Positions 19,603 through 28,752 are shown, counted from the stretch's first letter. The stretch: 64,000 nt of DNA from an uncultured Clostridia bacterium (GCA_944384395.1 CALWTD010000012.1:57596-121595); one strand, 5' to 3'. Notes: generated from the sequence alone by a model not told the origin. Numbers and translations are program-made.

Positions 19603-19800
19603 AACTAACTCCTATAATATTTTATAAAATTTGCTTATGTAGTATAACATAGTATTTAATAATTTTCAAGTGGCAATTTACTTTATATAAATCTTTTTTG
19701 TGTCTTAAATAAATTAATTTTCATATTATTATATGTTACGAGAAAAAGCATGCAAATTCGTAATTAAGGTTATAACCATTTTTACATTCAAGGAGTAATT

Positions 19801-21594
19801 ATGTGTGGCATAATTGGTTACATAGGCACAAATGAAAACACAGAAGAAATAATCATAAACAATTTAAAAAAATTGGAATACAGAGGTTATGATTCTTCTG
19901 GAATTTGTCTTTTTGATAATGACAAATTTTATATACATAAAAGTTTAGGCGAGATTAAAAATTTAACAAAAAACCTAAACATAAAGATAAAATCTCATTG
20001 TGGCATAGCACATACCAGATGGGCAACTCATGGAAGCGTTAGCCTAAATAACACCCACCCACATTTAAGTTTTGATAAAGCGTGGTGCGTGGTACATAAT
20101 GGTATAATTGAAAACCACCTTGATTTAAAAAAGGAACTACTTGAAAAAAATATAAAATTAAACGGAGAGACAGACACTGAGGTTGTACCAAATCTTTTGT
20201 CTTTGCAAAGTGGCACAATATTAGAAGCAATAAACAAAACATTAAAAAAACTTGAAGGCAGTTTTGCTTTTTGTATCTTAAATAAAAATGAAAAAGACAC
20301 TTTATTTTTAGCAAGAAAAAACAGCCCACTTTATGTTGCAAAAAACAGTGATGAAGTTTTGGCATCTAGCGATCCGGTTTGCTTTGGCGAAAAATATGAA
20401 GAATACTTTTCTTTGCCAGAAAACACGATTTGTGTTGCAAAAAAAGACAAAATTACTTTTTATGATTTTGATTTAAAACAAATAAAAGTTAAAGCAACCA
20501 AAGTAACAGTTTTTGAAAAGTCTGCCACAAAAGGTGAATACAACTATTTTGCCGAAAAAGAAATTGATGAAATACCACATGTTTTAAACAATATAATAAA
20601 GTCATATGGTTCAATAAATTATTTTGACAAAATCGACTATAAGTTTTTACACAACATAAACAACATAAAACTCATAGGATGTGGCACAGCGTATCACGCT
20701 TGCCTTATGGGTGCAAAATACATTCAAGAAAAAACAGATTTAGAATGTTCGGCTCATATTGCAAGTGAATTTAGATATTCAAAGCCACATATTGACAAAA
20801 ATACACTTTGTATTTTTTGTAGTCAAAGTGGCGAAACTGCTGACACTCTTTTATGCTTAAAACTTGCAAAACAGAAAAAGGCAAAAATAATCTCACTTGT
20901 AAATGTTCCATATTCTTCAATTGCGAGGCAATCGAATATCCTTTTACCACTTTGTGCAGGTATGGAAATCGCCGTTATTTCAACAAAGGCGTATAATGCT
21001 ATGCTTTTTGTTTTTTATATGCTCAGTCTGCATATGTATAACATTTTAAAACATAAAAACATTGATGTAATAAAAAAACTTAAAAGACTTCAAAAAGTCA
21101 ATTTCTTTTACAATATAAATTACATAGATGACATATCAAATGTAGTTTTAAAAAGTGAAAAAATATTTTTTATTGGAAAAGGCGAAGACTATGTTTCTGC
21201 AATGGAAGCTGGACTAAAACTTAAAGAGATAACTTACATAAACTGCGTGAGTTTGCCATCAGGTGAACTTAAACACGGCACATTGTCGCTTGTTGACAAC
21301 AAAAGTCTTGTGTTTGTTATAGCAACAAAAAAAGAACTTTTATCAAAAAATCTTGCAAGTGCAAGCGAAATTAAATCTCGTGGTGGAAACATTATTTTAG
21401 TTACTAATTTAGATATAAACGAAACAAGTTTAAAAGATGTTGATTTTGTTTATTATTTTGATAAATGTTGTGAAGACCTTGCAAGTATGATTTCTATTAT
21501 TCCATTTCAAATGCTTGCTGTTAAAACTTGTTTAAAACTTGGATACAGTCCCGACAAACCAAGAAATCTGGCAAAAAGCGTTACTGTTGAATAA
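19801..21594 (+). CDS. glmS: Glutamine--fructose-6-phosphate aminotransferase
   Basis: MCGIIGY N-terminal nucleophile, two SIS domains, C-terminal KSVTVE. Confidence 0.95.
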   Translation: MCGIIGYIGTNENTEEIIINNLKKLEYRGYDSSGICLFDNDKFYIHKSLGEIKNLTKNLNIKIKSHCGIAHTRWATHGSVSLNNTHPHLSFDKAWCVVHNGIIENHLDLKKELLEKNIKLNGETDTEVVPNLLSLQSGTILEAINKTLKKLEGSFAFCILNKNEKDTLFLARKNSPLYVAKNSDEVLASSDPVCFGEKYEEYFSLPENTICVAKKDKITFYDFDLKQIKVKATKVTVFEKSATKGEYNYFAEKEIDEIPHVLNNIIKSYGSINYFDKIDYKFLHNINNIKLIGCGTAYHACLMGAKYIQEKTDLECSAHIASEFRYSKPHIDKNTLCIFCSQSGETADTLLCLKLAKQKKAKIISLVNVPYSSIARQSNILLPLCAGMEIAVISTKAYNAMLFVFYMLSLHMYNILKHKNIDVIKKLKRLQKVNFFYNINYIDDISNVVLKSEKIFFIGKGEDYVSAMEAGLKLKEITYINCVSLPSGELKHGTLSLVDNKSLVFVIATKKELLSKNLASASEIKSRGGNIILVTNLDINETSLKDVDFVYYFDKCCEDLASMISIIPFQMLAVKTCLKLGYSPDKPRNLAKSVTVE

Positions 21595-21611
21595 ATACTT
21601 TTAAAAGAAAA

Positions 21612-21638
21612 ATGCAGAGTAAAATCTCTGCATTTTTT
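21612..21638 (+). terminator. glmS terminator
   Basis: ATGCAGAG-taaaat-CTCTGCAT hairpin followed by T5. Confidence 0.8.
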
Positions 21639-21660
21639 ACTTTAACTTTTTATTTCATTT

Positions 21661-21669
21661 TGGTATACT
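21661..21669 (+). promoter_or_regulatory. Extended -10 element lying 6 nt upstream of the ATG at 21676
   Basis: TGgTATACT, then ttttgt, then ATG. No SD. Confidence 0.45.
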
Positions 21670-21675
21670 TTTTGT

Positions 21676-23076
21676 ATGAGACTATACAAACTTTTAAAAA
21701 ATTATTCAAAAAAACATATAACAGCCATGCACATGCCCGGACACAAAAGGCACAATTTTATAAAAAACTCGCTTCCCTACAATCTTGACATAACAGAGAT
21801 TGATGGTTTTGATAATTTGCTAAGCGCCAAAACAATTTTAAAAAACTGCATGACAAAGGCAACAAATTTATATAATACACTGCAATCTTTTTATTTGATA
21901 AATGGAAGCACTTGTGGAATACTTACTGCAATTAAATCGTGTTGTGATATTGGTGATAAAATAATAATTGCAAAAAATTGTCATAAGTCGGTTTTTAATG
22001 CTATTGAACTTTTAAATTTACAACATGTTTTTATTGACTCTCATTTTGAAAAAGACACAAATATTTTTTGCGATATACTGCCAAGCGATGTTAAAAATTG
22101 TTTAGAAAAAAACAAAGATGCAAAATGTGTTTTAATCACTTCCCCAACATACGAAGGTGTTATTTCAAACATAAAAGAAATTGCAAAAGTTGTGCACAAA
22201 TTTAATATTCCACTCATCGTTGACGAAGCACATGGTGCACATCTATTTCTTGAAAATAAATCGGCAATAAACTTTGGTGCAGATATTGTTATAAACAGTT
22301 TGCATAAAACTCTTCCTTCACTAACTCAAACTGCACTACTTCATGTTTGTTCTAAACGAGTTGATTTATATAAAATTCAAAAAAATTTGGCAACTTTTGA
22401 AAGTTCTAGTCCGTCGTATATACTTATGGCGTCAATTGACGAATGTATAACTTTTATGCAAAAGTATGGCAAAAAATATTATGACAGATTACAAAAAAAT
22501 TTAGACTTGTTTAAAAACAAAATATCTAAACTAAAACACCTATACATTCTTGGATACAATTCAAGTATTCCTTTTTTTGATTTTGACAAAACAAAAATTG
22601 TTATTTTTACAAACAACACAAATATAAGTGGCGAAACTCTTATGCAAAAACTAAGAGAAAACAAAATTGAACTTGAAATGTGTTACACAAATTATGCACT
22701 TGCAATGAGCACAATCTTTGACACAAAAAAAGATTTAATGCATTTATGCAATGTGCTTTTAAAAATAGACAATAGTTTAGAACATTCAAAAAATGAAGTC
22801 TATATTAAAAATATTGACAGTTTAAGTGTAACAACAATACACAATGCTTTAACACAAGAGGGAGTATTTGTTAAGTTTAAAGACAGCATAAACAAAGTTT
22901 GCAAAGAATTTGTTTATGTTTATCCACCGGGTATTCCAATTTTGGTTCCGGGTCAAGTTATTACAAAAAAAATATATGAATATATTATATCATTAGAAAA
23001 AAACAATCTCAATGTTATAAGTGATTTTAATAAACTTTTAAAAGAGATTAAAGTTTTAAAAAACCTTGACAAATAA
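21676..23076 (+). CDS. PLP-dependent Orn/Lys/Arg decarboxylase family protein (YaaO-like)
   Basis: MHMPGHK near the N-terminus and the SLHKTLPSLTQ PLP-lysine motif. Confidence 0.8.
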   Translation: MRLYKLLKNYSKKHITAMHMPGHKRHNFIKNSLPYNLDITEIDGFDNLLSAKTILKNCMTKATNLYNTLQSFYLINGSTCGILTAIKSCCDIGDKIIIAKNCHKSVFNAIELLNLQHVFIDSHFEKDTNIFCDILPSDVKNCLEKNKDAKCVLITSPTYEGVISNIKEIAKVVHKFNIPLIVDEAHGAHLFLENKSAINFGADIVINSLHKTLPSLTQTALLHVCSKRVDLYKIQKNLATFESSSPSYILMASIDECITFMQKYGKKYYDRLQKNLDLFKNKISKLKHLYILGYNSSIPFFDFDKTKIVIFTNNTNISGETLMQKLRENKIELEMCYTNYALAMSTIFDTKKDLMHLCNVLLKIDNSLEHSKNEVYIKNIDSLSVTTIHNALTQEGVFVKFKDSINKVCKEFVYVYPPGIPILVPGQVITKKIYEYIISLEKNNLNVISDFNKLLKEIKVLKNLDK

Positions 23077-23118
23077 ACACAAAGTTTATACACTATGAAT
23101 ATACATAAGGAGATTATT

Positions 23119-23268
23119 ATGAAAAGAATACAAACATTAAACACAAGAAAATTAGTTGACCAAGACCTTTCAACATATGGTTGAGGTGAATGTCAAACAT
23201 CTTGCCAATCAGAATGCAAAGCATCATGTGATGTTGCAAACCAAAAATGCGAAAATTGTGCAGACTAA
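23119..23268 (+). CDS. scfA: SCIFF (six-cysteines-in-forty-five) RiPP precursor with an in-frame TGA at 23182-23184 in place of the first conserved Cys
   Basis: AAGGAG lies 6 nt upstream of the ATG. The translation is MKRIQTLNTRKLVDQDLSTYG-TGA-GECQTSCQSECKASCDVANQKCENCAD*. It sits directly upstream of the cognate maturase. It is absent from the ORF track because of the TGA. Confidence 0.7.
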
Positions 23269-23290
23269 TTTAAGGCACACAAAACATTTT

Positions 23291-23318
23291 GCCGAAAGTT
23301 TATCTTTTCGGCATTTTT
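23291..23318 (+). terminator. Intercistronic hairpin 1 between scfA and scfB
   Basis: GCCGAAAG-tttat-CTTTTCGGC hairpin followed by ATTTTT. Confidence 0.55.
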
Positions 23319-23324
23319 AATGTA

Positions 23325-23356
23325 ATGCCGTTAAGTTTTCTTTTCGGCATTTTTAT
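23325..23356 (+). terminator. Intercistronic hairpin 2 between scfA and scfB
   Basis: ATGCCG-N14-CGGCAT followed by TTTTATT. Its 3' half (tcttttcggcattttta) repeats that of hairpin 1. Confidence 0.45.
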
Positions 23357-23377
23357 TATTTTACTACGGAGAAAAAA

Positions 23378-24751
23378 ATGATACATCAATATAAATTAAA
23401 CGGATACAATATTGTTATAGATGTTTTTAGTGGAAGTGTGCACTCGGTTGACGACCTTGCATATGATATAATTACACTTTATGAAAACACACCAAAAGAA
23501 GAAATAAAAGCAAAAATGCTAGAAAAGTATAAAGACGATAAAACTGTAACAAGTCAAGAAATTGACGATGTTTTTAGTGATATAGAAGAACTAAAAGCAA
23601 ACAAACAACTCTTCACATCTGACACATTTGAAGGCAAAGCCTTTGATTTTAAAAACAGAAACACAGTTGTAAAAGCACTTTGTTTGCATGTTGCTCACAC
23701 CTGCAATTTAAACTGTGAATACTGCTTTGCAAGTCAAGGTAAATATCATGGCGAGCGTGCAATTATGAGTTTTGAAGTTGGAAAGCGTGCCATTGATTTT
23801 TTGATTGAAAACAGTGGAACAAGAAGAAATTTGGAAGTGGACTTTTTTGGTGGCGAACCACTATTAAACTTTGATGTTGTAAAAAAGATTGTTGAATACG
23901 CACGAAGCATTGAAAAAGAAAAAGGCAAAAATTTTAGATTTACACTAACAACAAACGGAATGAGTTTAAACGATGATGTAATAGATTTTGCAAACAAAGA
24001 AATGTACAATGTTGTTTTAAGTTTGGACGGACGAAAAGAAGTACACGACCGTTTAAGAAAAACAATTTCTGGTCAGGGTTCGTACGATATAATTGTTCCA
24101 AAATTTTTAGACTTTGTTAAAAAGCGTGGCAACAAAAACTATTACGTTCGTGGAACATTTACCCACAACAACACCGACTTTACAAAAGATATTTTTCACA
24201 TGGCAGACCTTGGCTTTACCGAACTTAGTATGGAACCTGTTGTGTGCAGTCCAAAAGACCCATATGCCCTAACAGAAGAAGACTTGCCTATTTTATATGA
24301 ACAATATGAAATTCTTGCAAAAGAGATGTTAAAAAGGGAAAAAGAAGGCAAACCATTCACCTTTTACCACTATATGCTCGATTTAAAAAATGGACCATGC
24401 ATATATAAAAGAATAAGTGGTTGTGGAAGTGGAACAGAATATATGGCAGTAACACCATGGGGAGAACTTTTCCCTTGTCATCAATTTGTTGGCGACAGTA
24501 AATATAGTTTAGGCAATATTTATGACGGAATAACAAATGTAGATTTAGTCAACAAGTTTAAAAATTGCAACGCATATGCAAGAAAAGATTGTTCATCTTG
24601 TTGGGCAAAACTTTATTGCAGTGGTGGTTGTGCAGCAAATGCCTATCATGCAACAGGCGACATTACAGGTGTTTATGACTATGGCTGCAAACTTTTTAAG
24701 AAAAGAATTGAATGTGCAATAATGATGCAAGTTGCAAGAGAAAATAAATAA
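23378..24751 (+). CDS. scfB: SCIFF peptide maturase, radical SAM/SPASM domain protein
   Basis: CNLNCEYC radical-SAM cluster and a C-terminal SPASM Cys-rich region (CGSG...C..C....CSGGC). Located next to the SCIFF precursor. Confidence 0.9.
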   Translation: MIHQYKLNGYNIVIDVFSGSVHSVDDLAYDIITLYENTPKEEIKAKMLEKYKDDKTVTSQEIDDVFSDIEELKANKQLFTSDTFEGKAFDFKNRNTVVKALCLHVAHTCNLNCEYCFASQGKYHGERAIMSFEVGKRAIDFLIENSGTRRNLEVDFFGGEPLLNFDVVKKIVEYARSIEKEKGKNFRFTLTTNGMSLNDDVIDFANKEMYNVVLSLDGRKEVHDRLRKTISGQGSYDIIVPKFLDFVKKRGNKNYYVRGTFTHNNTDFTKDIFHMADLGFTELSMEPVVCSPKDPYALTEEDLPILYEQYEILAKEMLKREKEGKPFTFYHYMLDLKNGPCIYKRISGCGSGTEYMAVTPWGELFPCHQFVGDSKYSLGNIYDGITNVDLVNKFKNCNAYARKDCSSCWAKLYCSGGCAANAYHATGDITGVYDYGCKLFKKRIECAIMMQVARENK

Positions 24752-24777
24752 TTGTTTAATAATTTTTATATATTAAA

Positions 24778-24808
24778 AACCAAGATAAATAATATCTTGG
24801 TTTTTTTA
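24778..24808. terminator. Bidirectional terminator after scfB
   Basis: AACCAAGATA-aataa-TATCTTGGTT hairpin followed by T-run. Confidence 0.8.
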
Positions 24809-24895
24809 TGGATTTAAACATATTAAAATAAATGTTGTTAGCATAATTGCAAAACATATAAAAGTTATTATTAAAGTGTAAATTAGTTTTTTCAT
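24806..24895 (-). CDS. Possible 29-aa hydrophobic peptide (MKKLIYTLIITFICFAIMLTTFILICLNP)
   Basis: Short ORF downstream of spoIIE. Upstream are TTGACA, a 15-nt spacer, TATAAT, then 8 nt to the ATG. No SD, so this is speculative. Confidence 0.2.
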   Translation of the reverse strand: MKKLIYTLIITFICFAIMLTTFILICLNP

Positions 24896-24933
24896 GCAAT
24901 TAGATTATAAAATATACATACTTTTGTCAAATA

Positions 24934-27234
24934 TTATCTAGCAAAAATTTTTGCCACAACAATAGTCATATCATCAAGTGCCGTTTGATGATTATTTTCA
25001 AGAGCTTTGTCCATAAGAATATCTGCAACTTCTTGTGGATTTAATGAGTTTATGTTGTTTACAAAATCTGTCATTTCATCATCGCTTGCAAAACTATCTG
25101 TTACGCCATCAGTACAAATTACAATCATATCGCCACTGTGAAGCATTGTTGTTTTTATTGTTGGAGTGGCATTTGATATTATTCCAAGTGGCAGTGCATT
25201 ACATTCAACAACACTTATTGTGTCGCCGTGTTTTATAAATCCGTTTGTGGCGCCAAGTTTAACAAAATCGGCACTGCCATTTTTTAAGTCTATTATTGCC
25301 ATATCTAAACATGAAAACACATCTGTGCTTCCAAGCGACAAAAATTTGTTTACACTTGACAAGATTATGTCGCTTTCAAAACCTGCTTTATAGAAATTTT
25401 CAACAAGTGATATCGCAGTTTGACTTGTTCGTTCTGCCTTTTCTCCACTGCCCATTCCGTCACAAAGTGCCATTAATATTTTTCCGTCTTCAATTCTTAT
25501 TATAGAGTAACTGTCTCCACTTTTTGTTGACGAAGATTTTGTATGTGCACTGGTTCCAAAAATAATATCATATTTTGGTGCAGTTTTTAAATTTAAAATT
25601 TGCCAACCTGCATGAGTGCTTGATTCGTCAGTTTCAACAAGCATTTTTGTTTTGCATACTTTTGAAACTATACTATTTATTTTGCTTTTTAAACTGTCTT
25701 CTTTTCTAACTTCCAAAACACACGAAACAACATTTTGGTTGTCGTGATATACGATAGCATCACTGCATATTATATCGTTGTATACAAGTTCGTCAATTAT
25801 TTCTTTTTCTAGTCCATTGTCAAACACAACATTTTTTCCAACATCTTTTGCAAGGTCTTTTAATACATTGCTAACTCCATACAACTGCTCACTTATTAAA
25901 ACTTTACTTGCATCTATGCTACCAAGTAGTGAAGCATAACTTTTGTATTGTTCTATTAAATCGTTTACTGTGTAAACAAGTTGATTAACCTTAAAACACC
26001 TTCCCGTAAGCACACTCGGAATGTCTAAAAGTGTTATTCGTCCCTTTTCAAACGCAACATTTGAAAGTGTTGAAAATATTGAATTTGTTTCATCTGCATA
26101 AATTTTATGACATCTATTTTTTTCTGGACACGAAGCACAGAGTTTGCTTTTAATTTCAGTCACCAAAAGCGATTTTAACTCGTTTTCACTTTCTTTGCCT
26201 TTTATCATACTTCTAAAAACTTTGTCCATTTCGCCAAAAACTTGCGACAATTTTAGCAGTCGTTTATGTATGTTATCTCGATTTCTGTTTATTATTGTTT
26301 CTAAACTTCTATTAACAAAACTTGAATTATAGTTTTCTGTAAGTGCCTGATAATATGATTGTGGAATACATAGTGCAATCAGTCCACTAATTATACATGG
26401 CAAAAAGGTTATAAATGATGTGGTATAATAAAAATCAAAATAATATACACACATAAGTTCGGTTACTATTAAACTTAAAATAGCAAAAATTCTGTGCCTA
26501 CCCCTAAAACACGAACACACAAGCCACCATATAATTATTGGTGCAACTAAATATGCGTTGTTGTCATAAAGAAGTGTTCCTGCCGAAAACACCATAGTAA
26601 GTAAGGCACTTTCTAGTATTGGCAAAACAAGAGTTGAAAAGATGACAACAAATGCTAAAAACAATTTTGCAAAATCAAAATCAAATAGTGTTATTGCTCT
26701 AAGTCCACAAGTTAAACTTGCAAAAAACGCACCAAGACATATTGTTTGAATAAGTGTAAATTTTCGTGTTATTCCCCTAACGATTAAACTTTCAAAAACT
26801 TTCATGCATGCAAACATATACAAAAGTCCAAACACAAGTTCAACGCATACTATCCACCAAACTGTTCCACTGTATATTTTTAAAAACACGCTCACTGCTT
26901 GACTAAGTAGTGCATACAAAAGCATAAGCATTGGTTTTATTGGTTTTTTAAGTTTAAGGTGCACACCATAAATAAGCATCATAACAAAACAAGTGGCAAT
27001 TGCCGAATATAAATCATATAAAACTAAATTGTTTAAATAACTTGATGCTATGTAGAGTGGCGACAAAATTAAAATGTTTTGATTGCACCAAATAAGAGCA
27101 AAATATATTCCAAACCCAAACGGACTAATAACTCCATTTATTTGTGCTTTTTGTAATAAATAAAAAACTATAAAAAATAAAACATATTTGCAAAATATAA
27201 ATAATTTGTTTTCTTGACTATAAACTTTTTCCAT
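24934..27234 (-). CDS. spoIIE: Stage II sporulation protein E (membrane PP2C phosphatase)
   Basis: About 10 N-terminal TM helices plus a C-terminal PP2C domain (GDSYSI...CDGMGSG...TDGVTD...DDMTIVV). Confidence 0.9.
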   Translation of the reverse strand: MEKVYSQENKLFIFCKYVLFFIVFYLLQKAQINGVISPFGFGIYFALIWCNQNILILSPLYIASSYLNNLVLYDLYSAIATCFVMMLIYGVHLKLKKPIKPMLMLLYALLSQAVSVFLKIYSGTVWWIVCVELVFGLLYMFACMKVFESLIVRGITRKFTLIQTICLGAFFASLTCGLRAITLFDFDFAKLFLAFVVIFSTLVLPILESALLTMVFSAGTLLYDNNAYLVAPIIIWWLVCSCFRGRHRIFAILSLIVTELMCVYYFDFYYTTSFITFLPCIISGLIALCIPQSYYQALTENYNSSFVNRSLETIINRNRDNIHKRLLKLSQVFGEMDKVFRSMIKGKESENELKSLLVTEIKSKLCASCPEKNRCHKIYADETNSIFSTLSNVAFEKGRITLLDIPSVLTGRCFKVNQLVYTVNDLIEQYKSYASLLGSIDASKVLISEQLYGVSNVLKDLAKDVGKNVVFDNGLEKEIIDELVYNDIICSDAIVYHDNQNVVSCVLEVRKEDSLKSKINSIVSKVCKTKMLVETDESSTHAGWQILNLKTAPKYDIIFGTSAHTKSSSTKSGDSYSIIRIEDGKILMALCDGMGSGEKAERTSQTAISLVENFYKAGFESDIILSSVNKFLSLGSTDVFSCLDMAIIDLKNGSADFVKLGATNGFIKHGDTISVVECNALPLGIISNATPTIKTTMLHSGDMIVICTDGVTDSFASDDEMTDFVNNINSLNPQEVADILMDKALENNHQTALDDMTIVVAKIFAR

Positions 27235-27395
27235 AAATCACCTCGCCTTTATAATAAAGGTGAATTATAAAAAAATGGTAAAAATAATTTATAATTTATG
27301 TTACATTTTTGTCGGAATATAAAACTAATTTACCATTCTTTTTTTTTATACATTTTTTGCATGAAAAATTAGGTTTAATTTTAATAATATATAAA

Positions 27396-27424
27396 TAAAA
27401 AAACGAACAATGTTCTCTGTTCGC
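27396..27424 (-). terminator. sigH terminator
   Basis: CGAACA-N8-TGTTCG hairpin followed by T-run on the minus strand. Confidence 0.65.
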
Positions 27425-27425
27425 T

Positions 27426-28028
27426 TTACTTTTTTAAAAAACTTAATTTATGTCTTATTCTTGAAAGTGCGTTGTCTATGCTTTTGTTTGTTAAATTTAG
27501 TTTTTGTGCAATTTGCGTGTATGAATATCCTTGCAAATATAAAACCAAAACATCAAGTTCAAACTTTGACAAACACTGTTTTATTTTTTCTTTTATGCTT
27601 TTAAGTGTTTCACTTTCTATAAGTTTTTCATCGGGTGTTAAACTTGTTGATGGAATTATTAAAGTTATATCTTCATCTTCATCGCCTTGTTTTCGTAGTC
27701 CGCCTTGATTTGTTAATGATATACTACTATTGAGTATTTGATTTTTTTTCCTATTTGCCGTTTTTACTGCCGTTTGCACATTTCTTGTTATGCAAGTTGT
27801 TGCAAAAGTTGAAAAACTTGCTTTATTGGTTTTATCATAACTCATATATGCTTTATAAAGTCCAATCATCGCCTCTTGCAACAAATCTTCATATTCTGCA
27901 CCAATTAAAAAATAACTTCTGGCAATTTTACTGGCTAGTAATTTATATCTATCCAACAAAAAATCCAATGCCAATTCGTCGCCATTTTTTGCTAAATCAA
28001 TTAACTCTTCGTCTGTTAAATTTTTCAT
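27426..28028 (-). CDS. sigH: RNA polymerase sigma factor SigH (early sporulation / transition state)
   Basis: Close colinearity with remembered B. subtilis SigH (ARSYFLIGAEYEDLLQEAMIGLYKA, CITRNVQTAVKTANRKK, VLVLYLQGYSYTQIA, KSIDNALSRI). It lies in mrnC-rlmB-sigH synteny. Confidence 0.9.
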   Translation of the reverse strand: MKNLTDEELIDLAKNGDELALDFLLDRYKLLASKIARSYFLIGAEYEDLLQEAMIGLYKAYMSYDKTNKASFSTFATTCITRNVQTAVKTANRKKNQILNSSISLTNQGGLRKQGDEDEDITLIIPSTSLTPDEKLIESETLKSIKEKIKQCLSKFELDVLVLYLQGYSYTQIAQKLNLTNKSIDNALSRIRHKLSFLKK

Positions 28029-28030
28029 TT

Positions 28031-28750
28031 TTACCTTTGTTTTAAAATTTCATAAACTGCAATAGAGCAAGCTACACTTGCATTTAAACTGTTTATTTTA
28101 CCCTTTTGTGGAAGAGTAATTATTTCATCACAATTTTCTTTTACAAGTCGGCTTATTCCAAACCCTTCACTTCCAACAACAAGTGCTATGCTTCCACTTA
28201 AATTTGTTTTATATATGTCTTTTCCACCAAGTTCAAGACCATACACCCAAACATTTTTATTTTTTAAATATTCTATTGTGTTGTTTAAATTTGTTACAGA
28301 AGCAACAAGCATATTTAGTGTTGCACCTGCACTTGTTTTTATAACTGTATCGTTTATTTGGCAAGCCCTATGCTTTGGAATAATAATTCCATGAACTCCT
28401 GCACATTCACATGTTCTTATTATTGCACCTAGATTGTGTGGGTCTTCTATCCCATCTAATATAACAATAAAAGGAGCTTCACCTTTATTTTCTGCTTTTT
28501 TTAAAATGTCATCAACATCACAATAAACAAAATCTACTGTGTCACACAAAAAACCTTGATGTCTTTTTGTTTCACTTTTTTTGTCTAACACATTTTTGGG
28601 AACAAAATCTATTCTAATTTTTTTGCTTTTTGCAAGTGCAATTATTTGGTTGCTTACACCATCTCTTAAATTGTTTTCAACATAAAGTTTGTTTATTGTT
28701 GCTCCACTATTTATTAGTTCTCTTACTGCATTTTTTCCTTCTACTATCAT
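28031..28750 (-). CDS. rlmB: 23S rRNA (guanosine-2'-O)-methyltransferase RlmB (SpoU/TrmH family)
   Basis: SpoU motifs (LDGIEDPHNLGAIIRT, LVVGSEGFGIS, IPQ.G.INSLNASVA) and conserved synteny. Confidence 0.9.
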   Translation of the reverse strand: MIVEGKNAVRELINSGATINKLYVENNLRDGVSNQIIALAKSKKIRIDFVPKNVLDKKSETKRHQGFLCDTVDFVYCDVDDILKKAENKGEAPFIVILDGIEDPHNLGAIIRTCECAGVHGIIIPKHRACQINDTVIKTSAGATLNMLVASVTNLNNTIEYLKNKNVWVYGLELGGKDIYKTNLSGSIALVVGSEGFGISRLVKENCDEIITLPQKGKINSLNASVACSIAVYEILKQR

Positions 28751-28752
28751 TA

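Noticed and set aside
19603-19800. Expected a glmS ribozyme in the 198-bp leader upstream of glmS, as in many Firmicutes.
   Set aside because: The leader is almost pure A/T. I could not find the conserved GC-rich core elements I remember, such as the GACGAGG-type and GGCGG-type segments. I therefore make no ribozyme call. An Rfam scan would settle it.
23182-23184. TGA in scfA read as tryptophan, i.e. a genetic code 4-like reassignment.
   Set aside because: prfB is present with the UGA-dependent RF2 frameshift site, and many genes in the window terminate with TGA. The aligned family position is Cys, not Trp.
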